From Botryllus schlosseri (lineage: Eukaryota): 64,000 bases of DNA. Location: assembly GCA_051294905.1 (NCBI GenBank), contig CM119371.1, positions 9,116,001-9,180,000 on the forward strand. Direction: 5' to 3'. Position numbers and translations under genes: made by a program. Below the pieces are notes generated by a model, which saw nothing but the letters and a program-made list of their open reading frames with translations, searched no databases and was not told where the DNA came from. Positions 36,901-51,900 of this stretch are shown here, piece after piece (position 1 is the stretch's first letter; each line of letters starts with the position of its first letter).

Positions 36901-39900
36901 AGGAAATATTTGATGGGTCCGGAATAATGACTCAATATACAATAGGGGAGCTCCACCAGAGACGAATCTGTTGAGTTGTTTGTCAGAGTGCAAAGGGCCG
37001 GACAACGAGTTCGAATGTTCCTACGACAAGGACGCGTGTCTCAACGAGGTGCGGTACTCGAAGGGAGTGCCGAAAATCACGAAACGCTGCTCGCAATGGC
37101 GGCCCGAACTTGGAGGACAGATCCAGAACGGAAGTGACGTAACAGTTGCATGTTCCGGACGGGGGAAGTAAGTGGAAATCTCTTGCTTTACTGATCCGTT
37201 CCAAGCTGACTTGGACAGCAATCGAAAATTCCACTGTTAAATTAGACTACTGAGAGCGAAATACCTGTAATTTAATTTGTGAAATGTTTCTATTTCAATT
37301 CAAGCTTAATTCTTGGTTATCACGAATATGCCACAGAAGAACTGAATCGTTCGAAACGACCTAGGTGTACAAAAATTTGCCATTCTAATGCTTACGAGGA
37401 CGACCTAGGATTTGATATGAACTGAACATTAATTTTGTTGTATCTCTTTAACTTTGTAATTGAATTGAATTTTCATTCCAGCAATAATTAAAATTCCTAT
37501 TTAATTTGGAAAAAATGTGTAGCCATAATTCTCATTTTATTATAATCAAAACAAATGTTTAGCCATCATCCTAATTTTAGTCTAAATCGGTAAAAACCAT
37601 GTGGACATAACTCTTTCTAACTCTCTCTAATTTACTTCGAAAAAAAATCGGAAAATATATTTCTAATTGTAATCCAATCTGAAAAACAATGTAGCTATTG
37701 ATCTAAACAACCGTTTCATTCAGAATCACAGACGCGGCGTGCAGATGCATGTGCAGAAGCAACCTATGCAACGAAGTCGAAGTGCCCTGTTTGAACGGTA
37801 AGGGATTAGTCGTTTTTCCATACAAAAAACTATCTATATCTATCTAGTAAAGTGAGAGTCCATTTCTTCGCAGAATGCTTCAAGGAACTGCCGTCCCCAG
37901 AGAAGAGTTACATCAGATGTACCAATGGAGAAAAGGTGGGCTCGATGTGCTGGTGGTACTGTATGCCGGGTTACAAAATCAAGGGCACGTCAAGATCAGT
38001 ATGCAGAAGAGATCGAACGTGGAGTGTCCTGAATCCGCCCGAATGTGTCGGTGATGGTGAGTATCATTGCTTTCTCACAATGTCGCTGTGGAGAGTAGAT
38101 TTAATAAAACTTGCTAATCAATCGCCGAACATGATTGCAAACATAGTTGACTTGGTTCTGTGAAATTATTTATTGGTATTTTGTCCGAAAGTGGGTATAC
38201 CTACTAAATAATCAAGAAATGTCGGCAAACTTAATTGAATAATATGTTCCATTAAAATTGAAGTATAAAATTGTATACTAAAATTTTGTGCCTCCCAGAG
38301 TCAAGTCACAAGTCAAGTCACAAGTCAAGTTGATTTTTCGGAGTACGAGGCATAATTACGTTATTTCATTTTCATAACTGTCTGAAAGTAGCCTTTTATT
38401 TTCAATGGAGGGACCAATACAGAGGTAAATAAACATGCAAGAAGGCGTCGTGTCGCTAAGGCATACGAAGAACTTCGAAACTACCTATAAGTAACTGTAT
38501 AGCCTCAGTCCCAGCCAAAATATAGAGGATAGAATACGAAACCTCAGAAAGTTGAAACGAATCGATCTGATGCAATGCAGTAGCCACCTACACATCCGTG
38601 AAATACAATTTAAGCCTGCACCGATGGTCGACAAATAATATAAACTTATGATCTATAATAAAATTAGACTTAAATCATACAAGATGTTTGGTTGAATTGG
38701 GTACCAACCACAGTGAGCAGTATATAGAATAGAGATAGATGCTTTGCCATTAGATTATTTTATTACTAGTTTACGACAACGTAAGCTGTTAGCTCCGATC
38801 ACTTCGTTTGCGGTCAATTTATTTGTGATAGAACAATTGCGTGTCAGTCATACGCACAATCATTGAGTGAATGCTCACTGTCACGGGTCAAACCAACGTA
38901 TCGCGCACAATCCGAATATGCAAGATCAGTCATTTCTATGAACACCGTAACTTGATGACTTGAAATTGACTCGTAAATCCTGCACGAGTCAATCAACATT
39001 TCTGAAACGCTGAGTCAAGACAAGTCAAGTTATTTTTGCAAAGTGACTCGAGTCAAGTCAAATCATACGAAAAAAGTTACTCGAGTCTGACTCGCGTCAA
39101 GTTATGACTCGAGTCATTCCAACACTGCCTCACATCGCATTGTGCATTTTTTGTCTTGAACTGATAAAAAATGATAGTGCCTCTGATTGAGCGTCATTAA
39201 TATACGATTATCGACGACAATCTTGCTGTTTTTCAGACCACTTTCATCCCCCTTTTGAATCCAGATGCCCGTTTCTGGTACCTGACGAAAACGGTTTGAT
39301 CTCCTGCACCAAAGGAAACCGACCTGGTTCCGTCTGTACTTTCCGATGTTTGTCGTGAGTGATGTCATCACTAGGGCTGGGCACAATGATCAGAGTACTC
39401 ACATATGAATCAAGCATCAATTCTGATGATTCGAGACGATTGTTGAGAGTTGTTGTTTTTTCGAGTATTGATGTCATACGTTTCGTGCCACGAAGAGAAA
39501 ATTATATAAACGATGATTATAGTTTCGACACCACTATATTTTCAACTGTGTGTGGCTGCAAACCGCGATTGTTCGTATCGCAGCGTACGAAACATGTAGT
39601 ATAAAGCCACGTACGTTAGTGAAAATTACCTATCTTTAAAGTCGTGATCAACAAACTGCTCGGTCACAAAGCGACTGAAATAGGTAGGGTCGAATAAAAT
39701 ACCAAATATCAGAGTTGTATTGACTCGCGTCGTGAATTTTCGGTGACTCGACTTCACTCAAATCATTTTTTCAAATGCGTAAATCGAATCGACTAGACTC
39801 GAGAGTCAATCTCTGTAATGACTCGACTGGTACGTGGGTCATTGTGCATGACTCGAACCAAGTCACATGACTCGAGACTTGGACGGCCAAGACAAACATT

Positions 39901-42900
39901 TCGTTGCAACTTAGAAGAACAGTAAAGTCACCACATGTTTGGTATTTCGTCTATCATTCCTGATGCTTGGGAAATGGGGTCATATAGTGTTGGGACCGAG
40001 TAAAATTACGATATTAATAATGTGAGCCATTCTATATCACTCGAGCCGAGTTGAAAAAGTGAGTAGAACCGGATTGAAATGAAAACTGAACAGTGAACAT
40101 AATGACTTGGGCTCGGACTCAAGTCAAAACGCTGTGACTCGGACTCGATCCCCTACTAGATTACTTGGACTCAGACTCGACTCTGTGGTGAATGTAAAAT
40201 GACTCAACTCGAGTCGAATCAAAACTATAACAGAGTGGTTGACTTGTGACTCGAAACCTTGTAACTTGGTTACAACCCTGCGGATATACCAAATAAAATA
40301 CCAAATATTCTTCAATGTGATATAGATCTGGCGATATACAGTTTGTGGTCGCGTAAAATGTACATATTTGAACTTTCCATATCAATCGCAATGGTGTGAC
40401 GCCATAATATGAAATATTGGTCTAATTGACTCCAAGTCTATCACTCGATTCAGATTCGAATCACTCGCGTACTCGGTTTTGCCCAGCTCAATCACGAGGA
40501 ATTACGATTATGAATTATCATTTCGATGTTTAGAAACAGCAGACTTCACGGCAGTACTGTGAGGAAGTGCGACGGCGTCACCAGCAAATGGTCCGGAATT
40601 CCCGCTACGTGCGAAGGTAGGCTATGCGTTCAGCTGAGCAGAATTTTTGTGCAGATGAGAAAGAGAGAGAGAGAGAGAGGGGGTATTTATTTACATACAG
40701 CCGCAATACAACATTAGCAGACGGCAACATGATGACGTTGAAAAATACGCAAGTCCGGTATTCGGTATGGGATGGGAAATGCTACCGCGGTCTTAGGGGT
40801 CACCTAATCTGATCCCACCTGGATCAAACAGGTACACTGTCTCTATACCTACAGGATCTGGCTGTAACTAATGTTAGTTGAGAATAAAAGAAACATTTAG
40901 GTGGAGACCAAAAGTTTTACCTCAAATCAGACGCTGAACGCCCAAAACACGGTCACATAAATAAATATGAAGTACTTAGATCAGGGGTGGGCAAACATTT
41001 GAGCTCGCGGGCCGCATTCAACATCTGAATCCATTCGCGGGCCGCACTATATAAAATTGGGATTATAAACCCAAACGCAATATGGGTATTTGATGATATA
41101 GTGAGGACATGGAGATGATATATATGCTTATTTAAAACAATCCAAACATTGCTTTGATGATATCGTACAGAAACAGTGGCGAGATTTCATAGGCTGGTCG
41201 ACCTCAATAACCAATTAGTCAAAACTATAGAGATGAAAGTCAGTTGTCCACATTCTTAGAACAGGATTGAAATTTAAGTCTCTGCGGCGATCTGTTCATA
41301 GATTTACTAATTCCACTTTTGGATCAGTTCCCGGACGCACAATGCAGACAGCATCATAACCATGTTAGCTTCAAACACACTTCTACTATGTGTGGATAAA
41401 ATATAAATACCCAATTTCTACGCATACAGAAAACGAATCCAACTAACACACGCGCGAATTGTTTTTTATAAGCACATCACTGAAATAATTAAAACTGTAG
41501 TGGCCAATCCGAAATCACACTAATGATCCGTATTATGTCAATCTCGTTTAGGATTTCTGTGATGTTTAGCAATTGAAACCTCTCAAACTGCGTACATGGG
41601 CCTTGAGATGGGGCTGTCGCGCCAGAAATTAAACATAAAAAAAGATAGGAAGTATTTACCTCAGAATAGCGGTTCTCCAACTCCCCCCCCCTGTATAATG
41701 ATAAAAGAGTCTCCCCCCCTATCGTCATATAATAAAACGCCACCTAATGGATAGTTAGATGGCATGGTAGGTTACGACTGTGGATGAGACATTTTTCAAA
41801 ATGAAATTTAAAATAAATACAGAGCAATAATAATGAATTGTATGTAGATCGCGCGGAGCGCGAAAATTTTTTCCCGTTGAGCTCGGCTTCGCGCCCTCTT
41901 CAGATGCTTTCACGCCCCCAAGGTGAGTGCGCCCCCAGTTTGAGAACCACTGCCTTAGAATTATCATGGTGAATACCAAGAAAAAGTTTAACCAAGTCCC
42001 AGCATTAATTCGATTTTATCGTCCCACGATTTTATCAATACTTTTAATAAGTTTCTTTAGACTCTCGCGGGCCGCACCGAACGGTGTCGAGGGCCGCATG
42101 CGGCCCGCGGGCCGTAGTTTGCCCACCCCTGACTTAGATAAACGGTGTCCAATGTTGATTTCTGGGACTGGTTTAGCGGAGCCTGAAAATTGAAAAATTG
42201 TGCTGACCCATGAGTCCCCGCTCCTGCGCACTGCTTGAAATAAGTCATCAATCATGAAACGCCGTTGCCATGACGTCTGGCTTCGTGTTCGCCGGGAATG
42301 AACTGTACCTCGACGTTTACCCGAATCACGGTTTACTAAAGAAAAAATGTGCCACATGAAAGACTTTCTAAAGATATTAACATGCCATCTGTACGACTGT
42401 TGGATTGTGTACGAAAAAGACGCACGGTCGCCGGTATTCACGACTAGCTGATTCGACGAGATGTTTCCTTCTCACCTGATACTGGTGTTGACCACTACAT
42501 TTAGCAAGCATTACTTTGTCATAAGTCAACCCCCGCCTTAACACTTTCAAAAATATATTTTCACAACGGGCCTGACATCGCATATCGCAATGCATGTAAT
42601 TCAATCAAATTCAAGAACAATTAGAAATCAACAGTCATAAAAGTTAGGTTTACCATATTTTAGAAATCTGAAAAGAGGACACTTTTTCAGAAATTTGCAG
42701 CTTGCAAAACCGGAGTAGAATTCTCAAAAACCGGTGAATTTTTCCCACTTTGTGATCGGTTGACTAAAAAAAAGGTAAAAGGTTATCTTTCCCGCTCAGA
42801 GCTCAAAATGCCGTTTTTCTCTCGACATTGCCAGGTGGATGACTAAAAAAAAAGGTCATATTTTCGTTCAGAGCTAAAATCACCGTTTTTCACTCCGAAA

Positions 42901-45900
42901 TACCCGCCGGAGCTTCTCTTTTGTGCTAATTTGCGGCATATCACTCGCAATTTGCTCTAAATCTGACCTAAATTTTCAAAAAAGAGGACAAAATCTCAAA
43001 AAAGAGGACAAAAGGGCGTCCTCCGAGGACACTTTCAAAAAAGTCAAAAAAGAGGACAAATCCTCTTAAAAGAGGGCGTATGGTAAGCCTGTAGAAGTCA
43101 TATAATCAATTGACAAACTATAGAGAATTAGATTCTATTCCTATGGCTTAAATACAAGAACTATTTTATCCTATCATACTGCACCTCAAATTGGTGCAAT
43201 TCAGCTTTCCTCAAACTCAATTCTTCCTTGTGCCACATTCAGCGGTATTATACCAGCAAGGGTAGGTGCCAAGGTGGTTTAAAAATGCGAGGTTTATCGC
43301 CCGCAGATTTGATAAAAACACACGTTTGGTCTCCGGTATGTCTAGAATAACGTGCTAAGCAAGCATCCAACAGCCGCTGAGCCGGACTTTTGGTCTCCAC
43401 ACTTAGTGACAGAAGCAATTGCAAATGACAGTGATAGTAATGATAGTGAAGTAATGTCAGGACCAGTTGAGGCAACAGCGTTGCTATATGACGATAAGAA
43501 GTAGTCAAATGCGCCTTTTGAATCTGCCACAAGAATTCATCATACAACTAACGCATAAGTTGTGGTAATGCATTCCAAATGATAGGCCCTAGGCAAGGGT
43601 TGTAATGACTCGAGTCACGATTTTTGGTGGTTCAACTTGACTGCAGACATTATATAAAATATGGAATATGACTCGACTCGGCATTAGGCAATTTGTGTGT
43701 TGACTCGACTTGTAATCTAGTCATTCCACATGACTCGACCAAGCAATTTGACTCGAGACATGACCAGCCAAGACATGTATTTTGTTGTGACTTGAAAGAA
43801 TAGTGAGCTACTACATTATTGGTATTTCATGTGTCAGTACTGGTGCTTGCGAAATAGGGACATAAACTGTGTAAAGGGAGGAATATCAGTATGAATGCGC
43901 GGCCTTCAATATCACCCACGCAGAGTTGAACACGACAATGAACAGCTGCACACAACGACTTTGACTCGGACTCTATTAAAAAGACAATGACTCGGACTCA
44001 AACCTTCGAGAACTGACTGGGACTCGGACTTCACTCGGTGGTGAAGTGAAAATAAATCAGCATGAGTCAACTCAAAACGGCAAGGCAATATGCCCAGTCC
44101 ATTCATGTCAACTAATTCCCCCATCATAGAATACTATGATCTTCGCCGAAGCCGTATCAGCTATTGGTGAGGAATGGTAATCTTGGGCAACCAACAACCA
44201 CAATACTTTTAAACTGTCATCAATTTCATCAATCAAAATGCTTCAATAAGCGTTCTTACGAAATCTCAAATCAGGTCGCGGGCCGCAAAATATGACCTCG
44301 CGGGTGGTGTGTTGGTGGGTGACCCCTGTCCTAGGCACACTTGAACAACTAGATGGTTGTCTAATTAGAGCGTAATGCTAATAATCCTATTTTAATTCAT
44401 GGAATGTTTATATATGCACCCATTTGATTTCTAATCAAATTTTTGGTTTGACTGAAAATAGACAGGATAACTGTATAGTGCGAAACAAGCCATATGCCTG
44501 TGTACAAACATTGCTATTCTCGTGCTTGTGAGAGTCAACTCTCATTTGACATGAACTGAACTTGTTTTTCTTGTTGTTGTTTTTCTAATCAGGAATTTGA
44601 TTCCATTTCCAATTTTTGCGAGCTCAGTAATTTTAATCAAAGTCAATTTCGAAACAAGTTGTAGATATCATTCATTCATTGCGGCAATTTTTCCAAAGAA
44701 CAGATCCCGAGTATTGAATAGATCTGATTATTAAGTTGCTATCAGCTGGGGGTAGTAGACATTTCCTTTTTGCGAAGTAGCTTGTATTATGAGAGTTAGC
44801 CGCCGAGGTTTGTTTTCCTTAGACATCATTTGCAGCGTGATAGAAGAGCGGAACGGACTGACTAAAAAGTGCACGGACAATACAACGATCGGATCGGTCT
44901 GCGAGTTCTCTTGCCCAGAAAACAGAAAGCTTCTGGGAAGTCACAGAGTGATATGTCAAGTGACAGGTAGCTGGTCCTCCAGCATTCCAATATGTGGAGG
45001 TGAGACTTCGCGCAGACTTCTGAGCTCTCAAGCTACAGCTGCATATGACCTCAAATTTGAAATGAACTTGACTGATTAGTGCAGTGGTTCCCAACCTTTT
45101 TGACCTTGCGGCACACTTTGAAAATGAAAAAGATTTCGCGGCACACTAGCACAGTGGTTTTGAACTCTTTTGGCTTACGGCAAAAGCAAACTACCAGAAT
45201 GCGTATAGCAGCAACCGCAGTCTTATATAGGTGGTCACTGGTCAGTGGTCACTGACGAAGTAGCCTACTTCTGCCTTTTCGGTGCTCTTAAGTAGGCTTT
45301 TCGCTGCTTCAAAGAAGAAATTAAGTTTTCTTTTATCTCTGCGGACATTTCACAAATATACGTCTACGAATGGTATAATTTAACATGGGGATCGTTTTCA
45401 ATTCTTCTTTTTTTACAATTTTATTGCAGGCAAGAATAAGGACTTTCTCTCAATCCGTGTGAGGTTTTGAATTATCAACCATTACCTCTGTTGCCACATA
45501 ACTTGCTTGCTGAGATCTCGTTCAAACTTCAGGCTGAGGTTAATTTCATAAGACTGGCTTGACAACAAAGTCTGCCCACTACCTCGTTGCCGATGTAATT
45601 AACCGTCGCATGGAAGAGTCCAATCGCGATCGTCACTAACAAATACAGACGCGTATAGAGGTGTCTATACTTGGAAGCCAAACGCGTTTCCATGCAGATC
45701 GTGTAATAGCTTCTGCGAGGATAGCAATACCTCAGTCAAGAGTCGTACTGCATGGCAGCCAGCTGCTGGTCAATTGCAGTTCCAACAAACCGGGATGATA
45801 AACCGCAGGACCGGTGAAATTTGTTAACTGATATAATTTGATCAACATTACTTCTCAATTCTCAAATTTGTCGCCTGCAACATTACGTTGCGCCCTGAGC

Positions 45901-48900
45901 CTACATTTTACCTGCAATGCTGGCACGCTACCTAACAATCGCAATGTGAATGGCTATGTCGGCAATATCAATTTGTAAACGTGAACATCACTTCCAAATG
46001 AGTATACATTTCTCGATGATGGGAATGCCTTCCTAGGTGTTGGAGGTTTATATTGGCTCCTACTCGTCCTCGGATCTGCAAAAGCAATATCTTACAAAAA
46101 GTGGACCGTGCTATAAGTTGGCATCTCAGGAATCAAAATATGTTATATTGGCATGGTATAAAATTATCATCGATAACGAAGACATGGCAAGAATACGACT
46201 ACAAATAAAAACAGAAAAAGGTCATCAACTACGTCACGTCCCTGTTCGGCCTCCGGTTCTGATGGGGTGACAAGTAAAAGGTCACCTTCGGCCACACCTC
46301 AACATCACGGTCCAATAGCCCGAGTCTAGTTATCTATCTATCACCGTCTTAAATGCTACTATATGTGGGCAAACTAGCGTATCACACCCATTGACGATGG
46401 AGGCCCCAGTTTCATTCATGGCAGTGCAGTAGCAAGTTACGAAGCGTCGCAGATTTAAGATATTCTGCGACCCTATACGTTGCTGTGCTCAGAGCGTCTT
46501 TACAATAAAAAGCCAGAATAAAAAACCAATCCATGACCTGATGGGGATGCCTGATTGAGATAACGTTACTATGGCCGTCGCGACACCCTTAAATCTGTTC
46601 ACTGCATCGGATTGTACATCGCGTGTCTTGATATAGTAAATTCAATAGAAAATCCAACAATGACACACTCAAAGTTTGTTTTTTTGTTATACTTCGACCT
46701 AGTTTACCGCATTTGCTCGCGGCACACCTGAGCAGTCCAATTGGCACACTAGTGTGCCGCGGCACACCGGTTGGGAACCACTGGATTAGTGTTACATTTC
46801 TTTCTGATAAGGATTTTACTTCAATATCCATGTGTTTTTTTAATTTTAATTTTACAAAAGCGGAATATATTCTCGTTGTTCAACTTGGGTAGTAAAACGG
46901 TCCTATCTTGTGGGGCTAGGCTTCGATGACGCTGTTATATCGAGCCTCTCGTTTATGTCTCGCTTATCCGTACATCGTATGACACAGAATTGCATTTTTG
47001 TGTATGTTATTGATTTGCACGAATGACACACACAGTAACTTGTCGTTACAGAACCCGACTGCTCTATTTTCCCATCGCTGTTCGATAACGTTGTAATGGA
47101 GTGTTTGCGCATCCCGTATCGCGAGACCGGCAAGATGTGTATCTTCTCTTGCAAAGAAGGCTACGAAATTGTCGGCCCTAGCCGAACGTTTTGTTACAAT
47201 GGAAACAGTTGGACGGATGTATCGCCAACGTGCCGACGTGAGTACTATTTGAGCTCGCAAAACACTGAAGGCACAGATAGGCTACACATCACATGTCAAA
47301 ACTACTTCAGGTAGATAAGAAGGTATGAAAATGACACAGTGAAGTAGTTTGAAAAAGTATATCTGGCTTCTTGGTCGGTAGTTCGTGTATTCAATCCGTT
47401 TTTGTGATATTTATTCAAATATGTAGGCTATACATAAAATATCAATAATTTCATAAATGCAACTCTTTCGGTTTGATTCGTCCCCATCATCGGGTCATCT
47501 CATCGCAGTCGTTGTCGAAGGCGAATTTGTAGTTGAAGTAGTTGAAATGGTTGTAGTTGGTAGTTGAAATGGTTGGGTTTTGTGGGTCGATAAATACAAT
47601 TTATCACGCACTATCGGATAGCTTTCATTATTATGTGGTCCGTCATATACGTTGCGCATGATTTCGTCGGGTGTAGCGTCGATAGCCATTTGCAGGTCTG
47701 TATATAATGTTCCAGATCTTGTATTCTATTTGCTAATCCATTTACGTTAATCAACGTTAGTTTCCATAGATTCGTCATCGATTCTATTAGGAGAATTGTT
47801 ACGTTTGTTCTTCTTACTATTATTCGGCTTTTACGCTTGGCTGCTTGCAGTTCCTCTGGTAGTCATTCTATCGCTGTGTCCACGTTTCACCCTCTCCTCG
47901 CAGCTGTTTGTCTGTTTATGAGGTTTCGTATCCGACGGCTTTTTGATAGCTGGCTTTTGGGCCGTTTGTATTTCTCTTTGTTTGTCAGTATTCTAGTTTT
48001 CCAACACGGCTTGCGCTAGCTCCGTTTCTCCCCGTGTTGTGTCTGCATTTTCGAATGCGGCGTCAGTTGAGGAGTATGTTTTGATAATTGCCTGGCTTGC
48101 CTGCCTTGTTTCATTCCTCTTCATGTCGTCATTACTGGTTGTTTTCGGGTCAACCGTATACCTACCTACTGTTTCATTGTTGGCTATTTCAGGATTTTCA
48201 GGCTCGGTCATATACCCGGGTTTGTCTCGTCGAAGTTTGGACCTGCATTCGTCTACCTACACGATGACCCAGTCGTTTGCTCATCTTGCATTCCAATTTC
48301 GCATTCGGGCATTCCTTTACAATATGTCCAGTCATATTGCAGTTGTTACATCGCTTCTGAAAAGCGTCTTCAGCTGTTCTGATAAGGCTTTAATAAGGCA
48401 TTAATTTTTGTATGGTAGGGCATGTTTTCTTTTCTGAATTCATTCACCCAGATGTTAGTGAAACCATTGTACCAGTTCGTGTTTCTTCTGAAGACTCTGG
48501 TCAGGTTAATAGCCGTCCCAAAACCATATTCACTCAATTGTTCGGCTATAACCTCCTCTTTAGATTCGTATGGTATTCCTTTAACAATGAGGTATGTCGT
48601 TGGACGCCTTCGGAAGTCAACAGTTATAATGAGGAATTTTGCTTCATTGTGGTTTTGTCTCATCTGGTATTACAATCCATCTCTCAAGTTCTTTCCATTG
48701 GTTTCTGTGATCAAATTCATAATCCTTATTCCTTTCCTCAGCTCATATAAGCCTGCAATATATTTATAGTATTTACTTGTGATGCGGTTGCGTTGTAATT
48801 CTTCAATTATTGTAACGACCTGAATGTGTTCATTTTCTTTTATATAGAAGGTATTTGGCCTGGTATGGTTGAACATCGGTGTTTCCTGATTGGTTTTTCT

Positions 48901-51900
48901 CTGTACTGTTGTATTTTCTGCTCTTTCCGTTACTGTTGCATAAGATACCTGTGTCTCATTTCTTTGTGCATCGGTATCGTCAACTTTGTACGTCTCCATG
49001 GCCGTCGCCATTGTTAATCGGGTAGTTCCTGAATTGTTACGTCATATATCCAACTACCCAGTATATCCAATATCAAGTATATCCAGTATATATCGAGTAT
49101 ATCCAGTAATATATCGTCCTTTCCCGTAGTAAACGGGTCAAAAAGCTGGTTATATTGAACCAGGAACCTTCAGATCTTGAGTCTGACGCTCTCCCGACTG
49201 AGCTATCGCGGCGGCACCGAGGACAAAAAACCTACTACGTCTAGCCCTATCCTATAGATTTGGTTGATGTGTCCCATACGTTTGGCAGATCGCCTGGGGT
49301 GGCTACTTTCAAAATCGAGGAATAATTATTGATGTCACAAACAGGTACAATTTTGAAAATACCTTTTCCGGTTACTCTGATGGATCTTTTCTTTGTTATG
49401 CCAATTTCACTCATAAACATTGAGGCGAACCTATTCCAAAACTACTTCTTACTTTCTAAATTTAAAGTGCCAAGAGTACGGTGATATTTATACAAACTGT
49501 CTAGTAACAGGGCAAGTATAGTGTGAATACAAACACACGAGTAGGTAGTGAATGTACTCGAATAATAAAGAAATACCTTGATACTGACCATCTTCGCTGC
49601 TTTAAGACACCAGATGTCAACCGCCAGCGTTTCCCCCGAGGAACGGTTTCATGCGGTGCTCCGAAAGGGACTACTACGGCTCTGTCTGCGCATTTTCCTG
49701 CAAGAGCGGCTACATGCTGCTCGGGTCTAGGAAAAGCACCTGCGGATTATGGGGCTGGTCCGAGGAATCCCCGATTTGCAAAAGTAAGAAAAATCTTTAT
49801 TTATGTTTTGGACTGTGCAAAATCGAGTTCCCGTGCAATTCGGATCTGAAGTATTAGACGTCGAGTCAGGTATTCGAACATCACAAATTATGACGTTATA
49901 ACAGTGTACAAGATGTGGAAAGATCAAATATGTACTTTCATGTGACCACAGAGAATCTAATGTCAGTTTTACATCATAATAATGACACTCCGGTATTTTT
50001 TCGAGCAGACCAATTTCATTGTACTTTGTGATTGTGCCGTAAGTTGGTCACGACCTCACACATATGCTATTGCCAGTAACGCGCGTACCTTGGTACTACA
50101 CTTTGCGCATGCTGCTTCCACAGGGGATAATAGTCCCGAAACCATATTTCTCGTTGAAAAATTTGCTGCTAGTGGCATGTTGCGTGTATTTAAGCATTAG
50201 AAAAAATCAGTCCTCGTTACTCGACTGTAATCGCTATAATTAACACCAGATTTAGATTCCAGTACCAGCATCAATTTTCCCTGAGTGGTACTTGAGAAAA
50301 TTCATTCCATTCTCAGCAATCCGATGTCAGTCCATCCTAAATTTCAACGGTCACTACTCTTGCAACCGGGGGTATAATTTCGGAAGTATGTGTCGTTTTT
50401 CTTGCCTGTATGGGTTTGGGTTTGAGAAAGGAATGAAGACGAGGCTAAAATGTCTGCGCAAGTCACAGGAAGAGCTCGAGGTCGGGCGGGTATACTCGAT
50501 TCTCGGCCGTTGGAGTTCGAGAGTACCGCATTGCGTGGGTGAGTCGCGGGGATTTGCGGGTTTATTATTTTAAAATCGAAATCATGAATGAATTTGTTAT
50601 CATGTCCGCATCCAAGTTCGAATCCGGTAATGCCTGGAGTTTGTTCAAAAGTTGCACCGAAATTGAAGATGATTTGAAAGTTCATATCGGCTACCGATTC
50701 AGATTAATTGCTAAATTCCGTCCTGTCAGCGATCGGTTGTTCGCAACTGGGTGCAGTTCCAGACAACTCCGGGAGAAAATGTACCTCCGTTTCTAACACT
50801 TTTGGCACTATCTGTACGTATCAGTGCGATAGCGGTTACGGAATGATCGGCCCCTCCAGAACTACATGCGTCGCGAGTTTGGATGGCGAATCAAGAGGAG
50901 AGTGGAGCCATCCACAACCGTTCTGCCAGAGTAAGTAATTTGGAGTAAGCGGGGTCAAGTTTTCATCAAAATCTAGAGCGATTTTCTCTGAATGACTTGA
51001 CTGCAGTCTCAATTTTCCAATGACTTGCCTTGAGTCACATGTCCAAATGCCTTAACTTGAATAATATTTATGAACGACTTGACTCGAATGATAATTATGA
51101 ATTGCTCGACTTGAGTCACCGCCTTCAAATGACTTGACTTGACTTGGGTCACACTTTCTGAAAAGCTTGACTCGAATGCCTTAATGACTATGTCCGAGTT
51201 TTCGACCTGAAATTGGATAAGTTGAGTTAAATTTTCTAAATAACTTGAATCGAGTCATCGACCTCAAATGACTTGACTTCCACGAAGTGATTTTCCGCAG
51301 GAGTCACCTGTGGACCTTTACCACTCGTGGACAATGGTGACGTTAAATGCACGGATGGGGACTATGAAGGTACTGCTTGCTCAGTTTCTTGTCGATACGG
51401 ATACAATTTTCGAGGAAGAAATCCAGTTCGATGTTCTATCGAAGGCCTGTGGTCGCGTAGCTTCGGTCGCTGCACAGGTGAAATCATCGACAACTAATTT
51501 ACTTATAGAATGGTTATGCAAAACAAATGACTCCACGGTTAAATAACCGAATCCAGCTAGCAATTTCTGGCATAGATTGGATACAATTACGGCAATGTAA
51601 GAGCTTGTGACCCGATCGCTGAAATTATTGAAAGTTGTATTGAGCGAATGCTGCTCTCACTCTGAATCCGAAATTATAAATATTAATCCTGTGATAACAC
51701 TGCAACCAGGCGTGGACAAATAGATCATTCTAGCTGTCTAATTCTTGGGTCATCACCAGTTCGCCCGTACGGACCACATGAGTCGCTCTTGGTGACAGTA
51801 GCAACCATTCAAATGAGAGGCTTTTCAGGTCGAAGTAGAGAAGTTTTCCTTACAAACAGCAGTAAAACACAGGTCAGTCGACCCTAATGAACATGCTTAC

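Noticed and set aside
49154..49212. Functional tRNA-Leu(CAA) or anticodon-shifted tRNA
   Set aside because: The body is Phe-like with no long variable arm, and the 3' T-stem and acceptor strands are absent.
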